NCBI GenBank assembly: GCA_000934665.2
Contig: KZ539022.1
Span: forward strand, 1-36,116
From: Catajapyx aquilonaris
Lineage: Eukaryota
Reading direction: 5' to 3'
Length of the DNA stretch: 36,116 bases
The position numbers and the translations under genes are program-made. The notes beneath the pieces are model-generated. The model saw only the letters and a list, made by a program, of their open reading frames with translations. It was not told the DNA's origin and ran no database searches. Positions 1 to 13,100 of the stretch are shown piece by piece; position 1 is the stretch's first letter; the number at the start of each line of letters is the position of its first letter.

Positions 1-3000
1 GAAAGGGAGAAGGATATAAGGGCAGGAGGGGATGCACATGGACAAATGCACTGTCAGTTCTTTTGCCCAACTAAAGAGCACAAACTTGTTGCAGTCGAGT
101 TCACAACATTTCAACTGATTCAGATGCATGCTTAATTCTGAAACACATGGTATGAATCAGACATCCCCTATTCTTTCTGAACATTGCTTGACATTCTCAT
201 ACAGCATTACGCTTCTCATTCCAAAAACCAATCCTATTTTCAAGGATTTACGTGAACAGCTTCATGACATTGTTAATTGGGGAAATAGGCCCATAGTTAC
301 TAAAGCTCTACGTATCCCCCAATTTTTAAACTGCACACACCTGGGCTTCTGCCCATGCTGATAAGACACACACTGCTGGTACCTATTTAACTTTGTTGGG
401 AACGTTTGAAAAGAAAGTTGCAGAGCTCCAGTGAATCTACTTTCAAAAAAAGGGTTTGATATTAAATTGGTCCTGAGGAGATTCTCATTCTCAGTTTCAC
501 TACAGAGGCAAGGATTGTTGGTCTTACAGGGCACGAATGGCCAAATATCAGTTAAGTGTTAACCATGGGATCATGCGCTAAGAGGTGCCTGTAAATAATT
601 TCAAGAAACTCTTTCCTTACTTCCAACTTTCAAAGAAGAAACCATAATCCGTAAATTAATTCATCACAATGAGGCCAAGTGAACCTAAACATTCATATTA
701 GGTACATTATAAGTGACACAAATGCAGCATAAGTTCTGCGATACAGAAGGTTTTCATCAGTGGCAGGCCTAAAAATGCTGTATGTTTTTGTGCTAGACAG
801 GCTCCATTATATCTGACAACAATTTAAGGAAAAATTCAATGTTGCTGCCAGGACCTCAAAAAAATTCCAAAGTAGACATGTTTCCTCTATATCCAGGGTC
901 CACTATACAGGCAGGTTTGACTGTGTCACACAGTTCAAGTGATAAAAGTAGAAATGCAAAATCGCAAGTAATTGACAGCAACTTTAGCAGCTATAATTGT
1001 GCAGTGTTGCATCTTGGGGGACATGATCTCACACCCACAGTCTCTCAACTTCTTTAGATAACAGGATACTGAAGTACAGAAGGGTAAAAGCTATATAGTA
1101 ACAAAATATTCCATAAAACAAATATCATGCCCCAAATATAGAACTGCTGAAGCAACCAACCAATTGTGCATTTTTAACGTGATTAGGAAATACAGTTTGG
1201 GTCAGATATACTCTTTCTTTCAGTCTTGTCGTTTCACTACCAAGTTGGCTTATAGGAAATATCAGTTGCCAAGGTGTGAATGTCAAATGTGTACATGGCT
1301 ACTGTATTTGATGCAGTATTTTGTTCCTCTTCCATTTTATCTTCTTTTTGGTCTGATACCCGATCCTTTGAATACATGCTCTCCATTGTGATTGTATGGC
1401 ATGCACAAGCACGTATACAAGGTGTTTCATAACGCTTTTGGGTGCCAGTTTCAGGGCCACAGAGGATCCCTTTATGTAGAGGTGTCATTTGGTTTCTGCA
1501 GTCTCATTACTGATATATTTAGCATTGATCAAAGGGTACTTTATACCATCTCCTATGTCATGAATGCAGCCTATGAATTTTCATCACCTCTGTTACACCT
1601 AGTGAGATTGGAAGTAAATAAAAATTGTGCGGCTCCTTGCATTTTAAGCAAAGAAGGGAAGCCCGTGCAGCAGCATTGCTGAGGTATTTTATACCCTTTG
1701 TAGTGACAAGGCTACAGAGACCAAATGATATCTTGACAATAAATGATCCTGTGGTGTCCAGGATTTAATGGGGAAGTTTATCTGAGCCATTATGAAACAC
1801 TTTGTATTGCCTCTTGCAATTATGAGTAAATGTTATTGCCATATGAAAACATGTTTCTTTACTGTGTGTAGTGGTATACTGTCAAGTATGTAAATCCAAG
1901 TACCTATTTAATAAATAGAGCACCCTTTTCTGAGGTGTTGGTTGTGATTGGCTGGCTTGCGTGACCTGGAACCTGCTAGAGTGGAATCTGTGAGAAATTA
2001 TTCATGTTCACTATTACTGATGTAATTTTTGTTAGAAATGGTTTTACATGTCATAAGATGATTGAAGTGATGAGGGTGGTGATTTCCTCTGAAGCAGAAA
2101 AAGTTACTCCTTTCAGTGTTACTACTTTAATTGACAAATATGTCAGTTTTAGAGACTGAATGATTTTCAATCGCTTGATATGGATGTCAGTGCTATTGCT
2201 GGTAATCTGAATGGTAGCAGGTGGTGTGATTCCAGACAATTGCTTACATTATTGTACCACTTCAAGATGGTTGGAGCTTTTTATGCTGCATGCAATATTT
2301 TGGTAAAAGTGTGCTGTTATACAGGATAGACAGGGGGGAAATGGAAATAAGAAGCTAATAGAAAACTTGTTAACCTTATCAGAAGCTGTACATGATTTTT
2401 GCCTTGTTGTCTGATTGGATTGGAGGGATTTTTCCATCAGCACCTTGCTTCCATTCTCTCCCTGCATGCCCTCTAGATCAAAGCATTTATGTGCAGGGTG
2501 GCTACTTGAAGCCGATGTTTACATTTTGGTCGAATTATTAGACACTAGTGCGTTGCCTGAGTTATAGGAAATTTTGCACAAAGCTGTTATTTTTTTGTAG
2601 CTGGTGACCTGATCCAGGTGCCCTATTCTATATAGCCACTGCTACATTCTACCACCCAGGAGTAATTGGGTACTTGGAGCAGGGCGCAAAAAGCTATGCA
2701 AAAATGAATCAAAATATATTAGGGATATAAGTGATGACTAAAAACGACCCAGATACTTGGAACTCCCTGTATAGCAGTTGACAGAGATGAACAGTGGACA
2801 AAGGACAATGATGGTAGACTACTGTCACAATAGGCTAAAATGTACAGCGAGAAATAAATCAGGCCATATAACAGGCCAACTCATGGGACTTTTATTCAGA
2901 AACATGCCTGGGATTAGGGTGGTGTGAAACAGTCCACACTAGAGCAGACTAAGGCCGTTAATCACAGTTCGGATTCAGAAACATATCAAAGTTAATCCCA

Positions 3001-3088
3001 GCTAGTCTCAGGCACAACTTGACAACATTGCAAGTGCCTATCAGAAAATAAAATGCTTTATCAAATATGTGGTGTTAAGGCTCTAAAA

Positions 3089-3296
3089 CAGTGGTTCCCA
3101 CCTTTTCGGGTTGCGACCCCCTTTTATGATAGTCAAGTAACCTGGGACACCCCCCCCCCNCCCCCCCCCCCCCCCAAGTGTTAGTAGGTGTTGAAAAAAC
3201 CTTCGGCATGAAATGTCCTATAAAATACATTTTATTTATTTTTTAATTTTGAAAAATAACCACAGCCACACACGACCCACAGGTTGGGAACCACTG
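3089..3296. mobile_element. hAT-type MITE (208 bp)
   Basis: TIRs CAGTGGTTCCCA.../...TGGGAACCACTG; 8-bp TSD ctctaaaa / ctctaaag (7 of 8 match). Confidence 0.85.
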
Positions 3297-3864
3297 CTCT
3301 AAAGCAATAAAATTGTATCCTGTATCTCGGTTCAGGAACATTCTTTCACAATTATTGTTTTCACTTTTTAGTAGGCAGTACCATGCACCTTTTGCACCAA
3401 AAATCTTAATGGACCTTGCAAAATAGATGTCTTACAGACTATACCTCTCTTACTTCATAACATTCTTTCTTCCCATAGCTGTCCCATTCCTTATGCGGGA
3501 GAACTGTGACAGGGTGTTTTGCCTTCATATTTGATGATATTTGAAGAGGTGCATAATTCAGAGCAATTTTAAAATTATGTCTAGGAAGCCAAGGTTGCAT
3601 GAATTTTTTGCATATAGAATCATTAGTGATAGTCCAAATGCAACAAGGGTAAAAAATGAAACATGAAAAATGTCCCATTCCTTCCCACTCTACTAAACCT
3701 TAAAAGTAAATATAAATTACAGTAAATATACTGTACTTGCCGTTATATCCTGGTTGTTCTAGATGTCGATTTTGATGACAAGTTTGCTGCTGCATTACAA
3801 TTAGCCTGTTACATTTTATTCATGCATGATGGGTACATTAATACAAATTTGTGAACCATTCCAG

Positions 3865-4126
3865 CTGGAATCTGGTTCTCCCCTCCCTCCTCCATCAGCC
3901 CTGAAGAGGAAAATCATAATAAAGAACAAAAAGAAACACCATCACCGCAGCAACAAGGGCACTGAAGAGGAAGCAGCAGCTGCAGCTGGAGCTCTTGCAG
4001 CTGTGGCTGCTGCAGCAACTGAGTCAGCACAATCATCTGAAGCACAGGGCAATGGTGATATAGTCCATCCACCTCTTGTGAAGGAGGAGAGCAAGGAAAG
4101 CACAGAGGATGATGATCTACCAAATG
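3865..4126 (+). CDS. Plc21C: PLC-beta exon: end of X domain and start of X-Y linker
   Basis: ttccag| acceptor, [23 protein letters not shown]..., G|gtgagt donor (phase 0 to 1). Confidence 0.92.
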
Positions 4127-7100
4127 GTGAGTGTCTCAGTTGATGACTGAGATATTACCATTGGAAGTTGCACTTTGCAATGACTGTATCTCCTTTGAGT
4201 TGTTGATGGAAAAAGCTAGCTATGTTGTTTGAATCATGTTGTGGTTGGGCCAGTAATGTATGGATCATTTGTTTTTATGAGAGTCCCCTGAATGACAAGG
4301 GGCTTCCGCTCATAATAATCAGGCCCTTTGTATGCTGCTCATGTCACTGACAATGGTGGGCCTTGCAAAAGACTGCTGGTAGGATATTTTCTCTTAGTGT
4401 CTTGTGGGGTTCCTGGAGTTTTCCTAGTTGCATTATATGTATCGAGTCAGAGGCATGCTAACAATGAATTCTAATTGACTATTTTTAAACATTATACCAC
4501 TAATAACTCTTAGAATAAAGTTTTTAAAAGCACTGCACAGCCAACATGTAATGGTACCTGGGAAAATGGTCCTTTGTCACTTTGCACCTGTTTGTTTTTG
4601 CCTATAGGGGATCTAGTCTAAGCATAATTATAAGATCAGGCTTTCTGGGAGTATCCAGAGTCAGTGGTGATAATGGCAGTGTTAATTCTAGTACCTCCAT
4701 ACCGGCAGAATTAGATGGCTCCTTCCACCATTTTTCCGTTCAACACTAAGTGGTGGTTGCACAGTTAGCAACAAGTTATATCAGTGGGTAGTTACCACCA
4801 CTGCGCAGGGCCCTTCATGGATTAACTGCAATGCTTTTGTTACCCTTGACATGTGCATTTCCCTATTTATGGCCCCACCTAATTAATGGCTCAGATTTAT
4901 TATTTTTGTTATAGTTGTCAATTTGCCTAATTACAATAATTTATTCTTGCAATCACATTTAATTAACCCTATTTTTGGCAGATGATGATGAAAGCAGCAG
5001 TGATGAAGATGTGGAAAGCATGAGCACAGATGAAATGAAGATACAGAAGACCCAGAGTGATAAGGGAACTGCAGGGAAAGAATCAGAGGCTGGAGCTGAG
5101 ATATCTGCATTGGTCAACTATGTGCAACCAGTTCATTTCTATACATTTGAAGTTGCTGAGAGTGAGTATCACATCTTATACTGTAGTATACTATTTTAGA
5201 ATACTTTACATCAGTTCATTGACTTGCAAAAGGGGATTCAAAAGTGAAACAAAACAGATTCATGTGAAATGTCTAATTACTCAAGAAATAATAGCTTTAT
5301 CAGGATGATCCAGCCATTGACAGTTCAAGTCATGCAAGTATATAATACCATACCATATTATCTTGCACAGAGTGGCATGCCGTTTAAATTGGGGATGGCC
5401 AAGTTTTTGAAAATTCAGTTCTTGTGACTACAGCCAGTACAGAAGGGTCCGGTATGCTGGTGTTGTATGGGATTTTGCCTACAGTTTACCTGTGCAGAAT
5501 AGTGTACATCGTTAAAATTTACAATTTTTCCTCAATTCGGAAAATGTGGACATTCACTAGTGCTATATGTTCCTGTAAATCACTTCAGAACTTTTTGCGG
5601 TGAAATGCAACCTTCTTGCCACTGTCTCTGCTGGATTTAATTATTGTTAATGTGCATGATTTATCATTGTAGCCACTTAATATGAGATTAATGATCATCT
5701 GTGAAGCTTCACTTTTTCCTTTTCTTTGTGAAAATTCTGTAGTGGATTGATTTGGGAACAATGGACAGGAACAACCAAATTTGTTTCAAATGCCAGGAAA
5801 ACTTCAGTGTCAAGAAAGCATTGCTTTAGTTTCTACTGAGTTTGAATTTTTGTCTGAAGAAAACCTTTTGTCATTAAAAAAATTTTTACTCCAGAGAGAA
5901 AACGGTGCTATGAGATGTCTTCATTTGATGAAAAGCAAGCCACTACACTTCTGAAAGAAAGCCCCGTTGAATTTGTTAACTACAACAAACATCAACTAAG
6001 CCGGGTGTATCCAAGAGGAACGCGGGTGGACTCATCCAACTTCATGCCACAGATGTTCTGGAATGCTGGCTGCCAGTTGGTAGCTCTCAACTACCAGACC
6101 CTAGGTAAGAATACATATTTCTGTAAGATACAGTTATTTTGTAGATATATAGCCATGACTTGATATTGTTTATTCTTTCAACAGACTTAGCAATGCAGCT
6201 TAACCTGGGCATATTTGAATACAACGGACGATGTGGCTTTCTCCAAAAACCAGAATTTATGAGGAGGCAGGATAGAAGATTTGACCCTTTTGCAGAATCA
6301 ACTGTGGATGGCATTATTGCTGGAACTGTCTCTGTTCAGGTACAGTTTGATGATATTTAGGAGGCTCCTCTGCAGTATTTACTACAGTTGAATCATAAGT
6401 GATGAATTTCAAAAAGAAATGTGTGGTCATTCTGAGCGAGTGAACTGTAGTCAAAAGTGGGTGGTGTCTTCACATACAGGGGTTGGACAAAATAACGGGG
6501 CCCTCTGTAAAAAGCAGGTGAATTTTCTCCTCCATTGTTCTCGAAAACTGGAAAAGTTACAAAGATGGCTTTTACTGATTTTTGAAGCTTTGTCGATGTA
6601 CATTTACAGACATGAAGATGACACAAAAATCACAAGAGGAGGGGGAGAAACAAAAGACTAACGACACCCCCCNCCCCCCCCCAGACCCCATTTTTGACCG
6701 GAGTGTCCCACCCTTTTCATTTGAAAATGAAAATAATTACAGATATGAACTTCACTGGATTTTTAAGCTCTATCGATGTCACTTCGTTTGGTTTAGAGAT
6801 GAACATAAATTACCAACAGGGGCCGGGGGGAAAAAAAGAAACCTCACCCTCCTTCCACGGCACTGCTTGAATGCAAACATGGAAAATTTTCGTCCCACTG
6901 CTAGTTAATGCTAACTTAGCAGTACCAGTGCCAAATATGGTACAGTACTACTAAGTTGGCAGTAACTAGCAGTGGGACGAAAATTCGACCCAAACTTACT
7001 ATACGTAATTTTGTCCAACCTCTTCTCAGATTTAGTGCTGGGGAAGGGGGATGTCATTTCTATTTTTTCCTCCGCCCCCTGTCGGTAATTTTGGTCCATC

Positions 7101-10100
7101 TCTATACCAAACAAAGTGACATCGATAGAGCTTAACCCTCAGACGGTGACGTGCGAAATGTTCGCTCTCCGGTGACGTGGGCACTTTTTGTGACCAAGCC
7201 ATATTTTTTGTTAAATCTGGCGAAATATAGCACATTCGGGCTTCACTTTTGAGACAATCATAGTGTGATTCCTTCTATGACAAATAGCGTTTAGTTTACA
7301 TTTTTTGAGAAAATAGTGCGATCAGAAAAAAATCGGAAAGAAAATCAGTCGGGGCCAATTCCCGGGGGTAGGGGGATTCCACCCCTTGGCGGCCTGGGAT
7401 GCCACCGGGAGCCGCCAGACCGGACCTTGGTCAGGCCCCAACTACGCATTGCCGCCTAATTAATTTTTTCCTGGTCTTGCTATTTGCTCAAAAAATTCAA
7501 ACTAAACGTCATTCATCACAGAAATAGTCAAACGAAAATGTTCTCAAAGATGAATCTCGAATGTCCTAAATTTGCCAAGTTGTAGCAAAAAAAGGGTCGT
7601 TGGTCACAAAAAGTGCCCACGTCACCGTCCGAGGGTTAAAAACCCAGTAAAGTTCATATCTGTAACTATTTTTCATTTCGAAATGAAAAGGGTGGGACAC
7701 TTGGCTCAAAAATAGGGTCTGGGCGGGTGTCGTTAGTCTTTTGTTTCTCCCCCTCCTCTTGTGATTTTTGCGTCATCTTCATGTCCGCAAATATACATCG
7801 AAAGAGCTTCAAAAATCAGTAAAAATCATTTCTGTAACTTTTCCAGTTTTTGAGTACAATGGAGGAGAAAATTCACCTGCTTTTTGCAGGGGGCCCAGTT
7901 ATTTTGTCCAACCCCTGTAACTTGCTGCTGATTACACTTTGGCTTAATACATAATCAGGGTTTTTATTCCTAATATTGCCAGAATATAAGAAAAAACTCT
8001 TCTGCAGACCATGTAACAGTTATTTTTACCTACATTTCCATTGCTACAACTTCGAACCTTTATAAATATCCCTGCCTATGAGGAAGGTGCACTATAGCTA
8101 AAGTAGTTCCATATTTTTTATCCACAGTTTTTTACTGCAATTTATTTGCAATTTACATCAGGAACAACAGTCAGGTTGTTGAGGGCATTGTGCAATCAAA
8201 ATTTTCAACACATGGGGCATTTTTCAGAGTTGGGATTTCTTTTGCACAGACAAGGTTTGATAGGAGTGATCAGAGAGTCCACTAAGGAGCTTCTGTATAT
8301 TGTGTTTGAGCCCATACTCTGCTGAACTTGCTAACAGTGACAAAGGTGGTGGTCATTATTAAATGTGAAATGTATTATTGACTTGCATAATACAAATGTT
8401 TATTTTATCAATATCCTACACAAAATAATTATATGTTACTATTAATGGACAAAAATATAACTGCCACAAAAATAACGCCCAAGCTTTCCACTAACTCCTC
8501 TAGTTATGTTTTAAAAACTAATCACCGAGATGCTGTGCAGGTTACATGGTCACATGGCTTACAGATTCTGTTCACATAAAGGCAGACAAAAGGCAAACTC
8601 TCAAATGGTTTAACTTGCATAACAACAAATTATGAATCCCATGTGATGTTTTTGGAACATGTAAAAAACTACCCAGATGATGGCATGGGACACAGTAAGT
8701 AATGAAACATGCAATCATAACTAGCACTAAGGGAGGTGATGTGGTGCTACATATAACATATCGTCGTTAATTTGACAAAATGATGAATTCGACATTTTTG
8801 CTCAAATCGGATTATGGCTTTTGCCAGCACCATCAAGTGTTGGGTCACATTCTGACATAACGGGGGACATGTGGGACAAGTGATGTTAGAGTTATAATGG
8901 AAAATAAAAAGGCCATCCTATGTATTTTTATAGCGGTTCGCAGGTTTCTTGTGGCTCTCCTGTAAAATTAGGAAAATGTTGAATTATTCCTTTTGTCAGA
9001 TTAACGGCAATATGTGCCCACATGTGAAAAGTTACCAGGCCTTGTGCCAAATGTTGGACCACCTTCCCTGCCCTGTTCATCCTTCCTTGCTGGACCTTCT
9101 CATTTGCGACAGCACCCCCTTGTTAAAGTTGCTTCTGGTGCAATGCTGCATGCAAAGGTTTTTTTTTTCCCACTCCCCTAGAGGTGGGTTTATCACTATT
9201 CTGTTTGTGACAAACTGGCACCATTTAAAATGGCAGTATTGCAGCAATAACACTTGCCATATTGAGTGTCATTTGGGGTAATGATATGGAATTTTTGTCA
9301 GACTGGTATGTACTCCCAACAGTTGATTGCAATGTACCTTTTTCCACCAGGTGCTGTCAGCACAATTTCTGACTGACAAACGGGTTGGGACCTACATTGA
9401 AGTGGACATGTATGGTCTGCCTGCTGACACCGTACGAAAGAGATTCCGAACTAAAATTGCTACAAACAATGGAATCAATCCGGTGTTCGAAGAGGAACCC
9501 TTTGTCTTCAAAAAGGTAAGAAATTTGCCATAATAGCAGAAGACACCTTCCTTTTTACGCTTGTGTTTTTACGGGGGAGACTCAGTGCCTATAGTCACAT
9601 GTGTTATTAAACATCTATTGTCGACTGCTACTATACATAATATATCCAACTTGTCACTACAAGTTGGATATACTGTGCTAGTTAGTGACGTCTATTGAAG
9701 TGGTAAAAAAAATTGTGGTGTGAATTTGCATAAATGATCAAGAGGATTATTTACTTTATACTTAGTTAATACTTGGTTTGCTACCTAATGCAAGAGTGCA
9801 TTTAATATGTCCATGATTGTTTCCACTCAAGGTGGTGCTTCCTGACCTGGCTTGCCTCCGTCTGACTGCCTGTGATGAGTCAGGTCGCTTCCTGGGCCAC
9901 CGTGTACTTCCTGTTGTTGGCCTCTGCCCTGGATACCGCCATGTAGGTCTCCGCAGAGAATCCGGCCAACCCTTACCATTAGCTTCTGTCTTCCTGCACA
10001 TAACGGTCAAAGACTATGTTCCGGATGGCTTGTCTGAGCTGGCGGAAGCCTTGGCCAATCCCATTAAGTATCAATCTGACCTAGACAAGAGAGCCAAACA

Positions 10101-13100
10101 ATTGAGTGTCCTCACAGATGACATGGATGATGGGGACACTCCAAATTCTGGTCCAGAAGATTCAGCCATGCTGCAGAGGAACCCTTCAATACCAAGGCGG
10201 CGACTGACAGAGGTGTCTGTCCCTCCTTACACACCTGGGAGCAGTGCTGGAAGTGGAGGAGCTGCAGAGGGCCCATCTGGTCTTGGAAGGGCAACAGCAG
10301 CATCTGTTGGCAGTCTAGTTCCTGTTGGAAACAGCATGGAGGGTCCCCTGGATGGAGGGGGGTCAGCTGGAGGGCTCTCAGGCGGCGGGGGAGACTTGGC
10401 TGCGTCTGAGGGTGAGGTTTCCCTTCCCCCAACAGGGATGATGAGGAGCTTGCCCGGTTCCATTGATGCTGCCATGTTTGGGGAAAGTAAGGTTCCCGTA
10501 ATGGGGAAAGCGCTCTACTGCTCTCTCGCTATATGACCTGTTTCTACACCTGCATTGTCTTTGGTTTTAACCCAGCTGTCACCATACCCTGTCTTATCTG
10601 TCTTGTCTGTCTGTCCTGTCTGTTGCTGCTCTTGCCATACTGGGGAGTACATAAATTTTCTACATGATTGGGAATAATAATTGATACTGTACATGACCAT
10701 GTGGCTTGTGCATTGATGATAATGATGGCAGTTTATCTAGGGTGCTGAGGCTATAAAATCATGATACATGTTTAATAACTACAAAAACAATGATGACAAT
10801 GATAATGTTCGCTGCATTTTTAAACTCTCTCACCTTCGCGATGACACCAGGTGGGATTTAAAATTTCAAGAATTTTTTGCGGAAATTCTATAAGGCGTAA
10901 ATGAATGCGGTTTTGGGCATATTCACAAGCATGCCAAGGAAAATTCACTACAAAAATTACATGCCCAAGTGTTTCGTCTGACATGATATGACATCTTCCT
11001 TGGGCGGCCATATTGGAAAAAATTATATGTGCAATGATAGAGATTGTATGAAGACTACCTCAATTTTGGGAATTTAGCAATTAATTAGATCTGTTTCTAA
11101 GCAATAGTTTGCATAGAATCATTGTTTGATCCAGTATAATTCACCGCTACGGTTTTTTTCGAACCCCAAGTACATGAGTAGAAATAGTTAATAGAGCTGT
11201 TATACCCACTGCCTAGACTGTGGGAGCGGCGTAGTAGATGTGGCGGGAGCAGCCTTTCAATGCTGTTCGAATTATGTAGCTGGCATGGGGCTAACACGTC
11301 GCGTTGGTGAGATATGGAATTTTAAAAATAAGATTACATCATGCAGTGACGCTTGATGAGTCATGCGGGGGGGAGGCGGTGGCAATAAGAGGGTTAAGCA
11401 ACTATTATGAGCATTAAAAAAATTTTCAGTTTTCAAATTATGAGTCTGAATTTCAAAGAAGAAGAAAAGCAGTGTTTTTACAGGAATAGACCACTATTAA
11501 ACTTCATTGCGTTCATTGTAAAAGTATCTTGCCTCATATGCAGAATTTTGCCATTCTTACATCTCACCAGTGGGCAAGCAGCAGCTAAGTAATTAAGTTG
11601 TGCAGTTTCCCTTTCTGCCCAATTCTGTTGTGCGTTCTGGTTTTGTTGAATTATTGGTTGTTTTTGACTGTACAAAACGGCTTGCTGACAAGGGGGCTGG
11701 TTATCTCCACACCTTTCTCTCTCTGTCTCTATGTCTTTCTCTCTGGCTTCTTATCTCTGGTTCTTTCCCTGGCCTTTCTATGCCTCTGCAGCCAATAAAA
11801 TGAAAGCAAGGACCGGAAGCAGGTGCGTTGGGAAGGGATATGAAATGGAAACCCACAGAAATTTTGAGCCACCTAATCAGCAAGTTGTGCTTCTCGTTAG
11901 TGTGGTGTGACATGTGACACCTGTTTAATACACGTTTAAGCAAACTAATGTTTATGTGGATAAAATATGAACTTGGTCAACATTTATGCCAAAAATTACT
12001 CTAGGGTTTAAGAGTGGGACTCCCAGGATGGCACTTCGAAGCCAGACCAGTAATGGGGACAGCGGAGGGGACCGGCAGGGACTCTCTTCTAGCCCACTTT
12101 TAGGTGAGATCTACATTGTCTAGTCTGTCAATATTGTGGTACCTGAGAGTTAACTGTCATGGGTGAAAAGTGGAGGAATTTTAACATTTCCTCAAGATAT
12201 TAAGCATGGAACAGTGACAATATCACTGTAAGCTTGCATTTTGGTAGTGCAACATTTTCTTCGTAAAATTTTCTGGCAACCTCTGCTGCACTTCCCACTC
12301 ACATCCTGGATATGAGGAAGTCTTATTATCAAACTATTATCAAAATACAACCTAAAAATATCCAACCCATCCTCATGAATGCAGCCAATGTTAATATGAA
12401 TTAATGTAGAGAGAAAGCAAGAGAGGGAGAGAAGGGGAGCGGGTGATCATGTGCTATGGGTAGTATGTGTGTAAGAGATGTTTGTGTGATATGTTGTGAA
12501 AATAGTAACATTTTGCTTGGGGCTTTTTTATGTAGCCACCTCACTATTCCAAGATAACACACACCATGTGTGAACTTTGTTGCAATGAAATTTTTCAAAT
12601 GGGCCACTCCATGTATCTTTTGTAAGCAACCAGTGATTAGTATTCAATTCGAATGAAAATTCATATAGAATTAGAGTTTGTAGTGACAAGTGGAGTTAAG
12701 TCAATATGTAGTATGTGACTGTGGTGGAGCTGAGAACTTGAAGTTGAATGAGAGAGCTATATTTTATTTCAGTTTTTATTATTTTAAACATTATTTTTAA
12801 GTTATTCAGTTTGGAATTGAGTGGCACACCTTCACTGAAATTTACTCCAAACGTGCCTGTTAGTAGATTGTGAGTGAAACCGGACGTGATTTATCATCCT
12901 GTGGTGGTTTTTGAAATAAGCAATAATTTGATGGTAGATGCTGCTGCTAAGGATCTACAAGCCAAGTCTCTGGAGAGACTTCAGGAGCACAAGGCAGTAA
13001 GGGAGAAGAGGCAGGAATGCGAAAAGAAGCTGGAACAGCTTAAGAAGAAGCATGAGAAGGTGCTTTTTATTTAGCCACTCGACAAAGAGCAAATCAGTAA

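Larger units (their letters stand above)
6477..7917. mobile_element. Tc1/mariner-type non-autonomous foldback element with ~390-bp arms, carrying two nested MITEs
   Basis: TA|CAGGGGTTGGACAAAATAA ... TTATTTTGTCCAACCCCTG|TA; the left arm (~6477-6865) mirrors ~7034-7135 plus 7640-7917. Confidence 0.9.

Noticed and set aside
3148..3175. Poly-C tracts containing single Ns (also ~6673, ~26142, ~33067) as G-quadruplex elements
   Set aside because: All lie in or beside TEs, and their lengths are unreliable given the ambiguous base calls.
1..3864. Upstream PLC exons (PH, EF-hand, X box) or another gene in the first 3.8 kb
   Set aside because: No recognisable PLC motifs or convincing exons; treated as intron.
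6419..7235. ORFs within the foldback element as a possible transposase
   Set aside because: Short, no DDE/D or HTH motifs, and mirrored on both arms.
10112..10475. Antisense ORFs over the large PLC exon (likewise antisense ORFs over SRP54 exons)
   Set aside because: Shadow frames of real coding exons.
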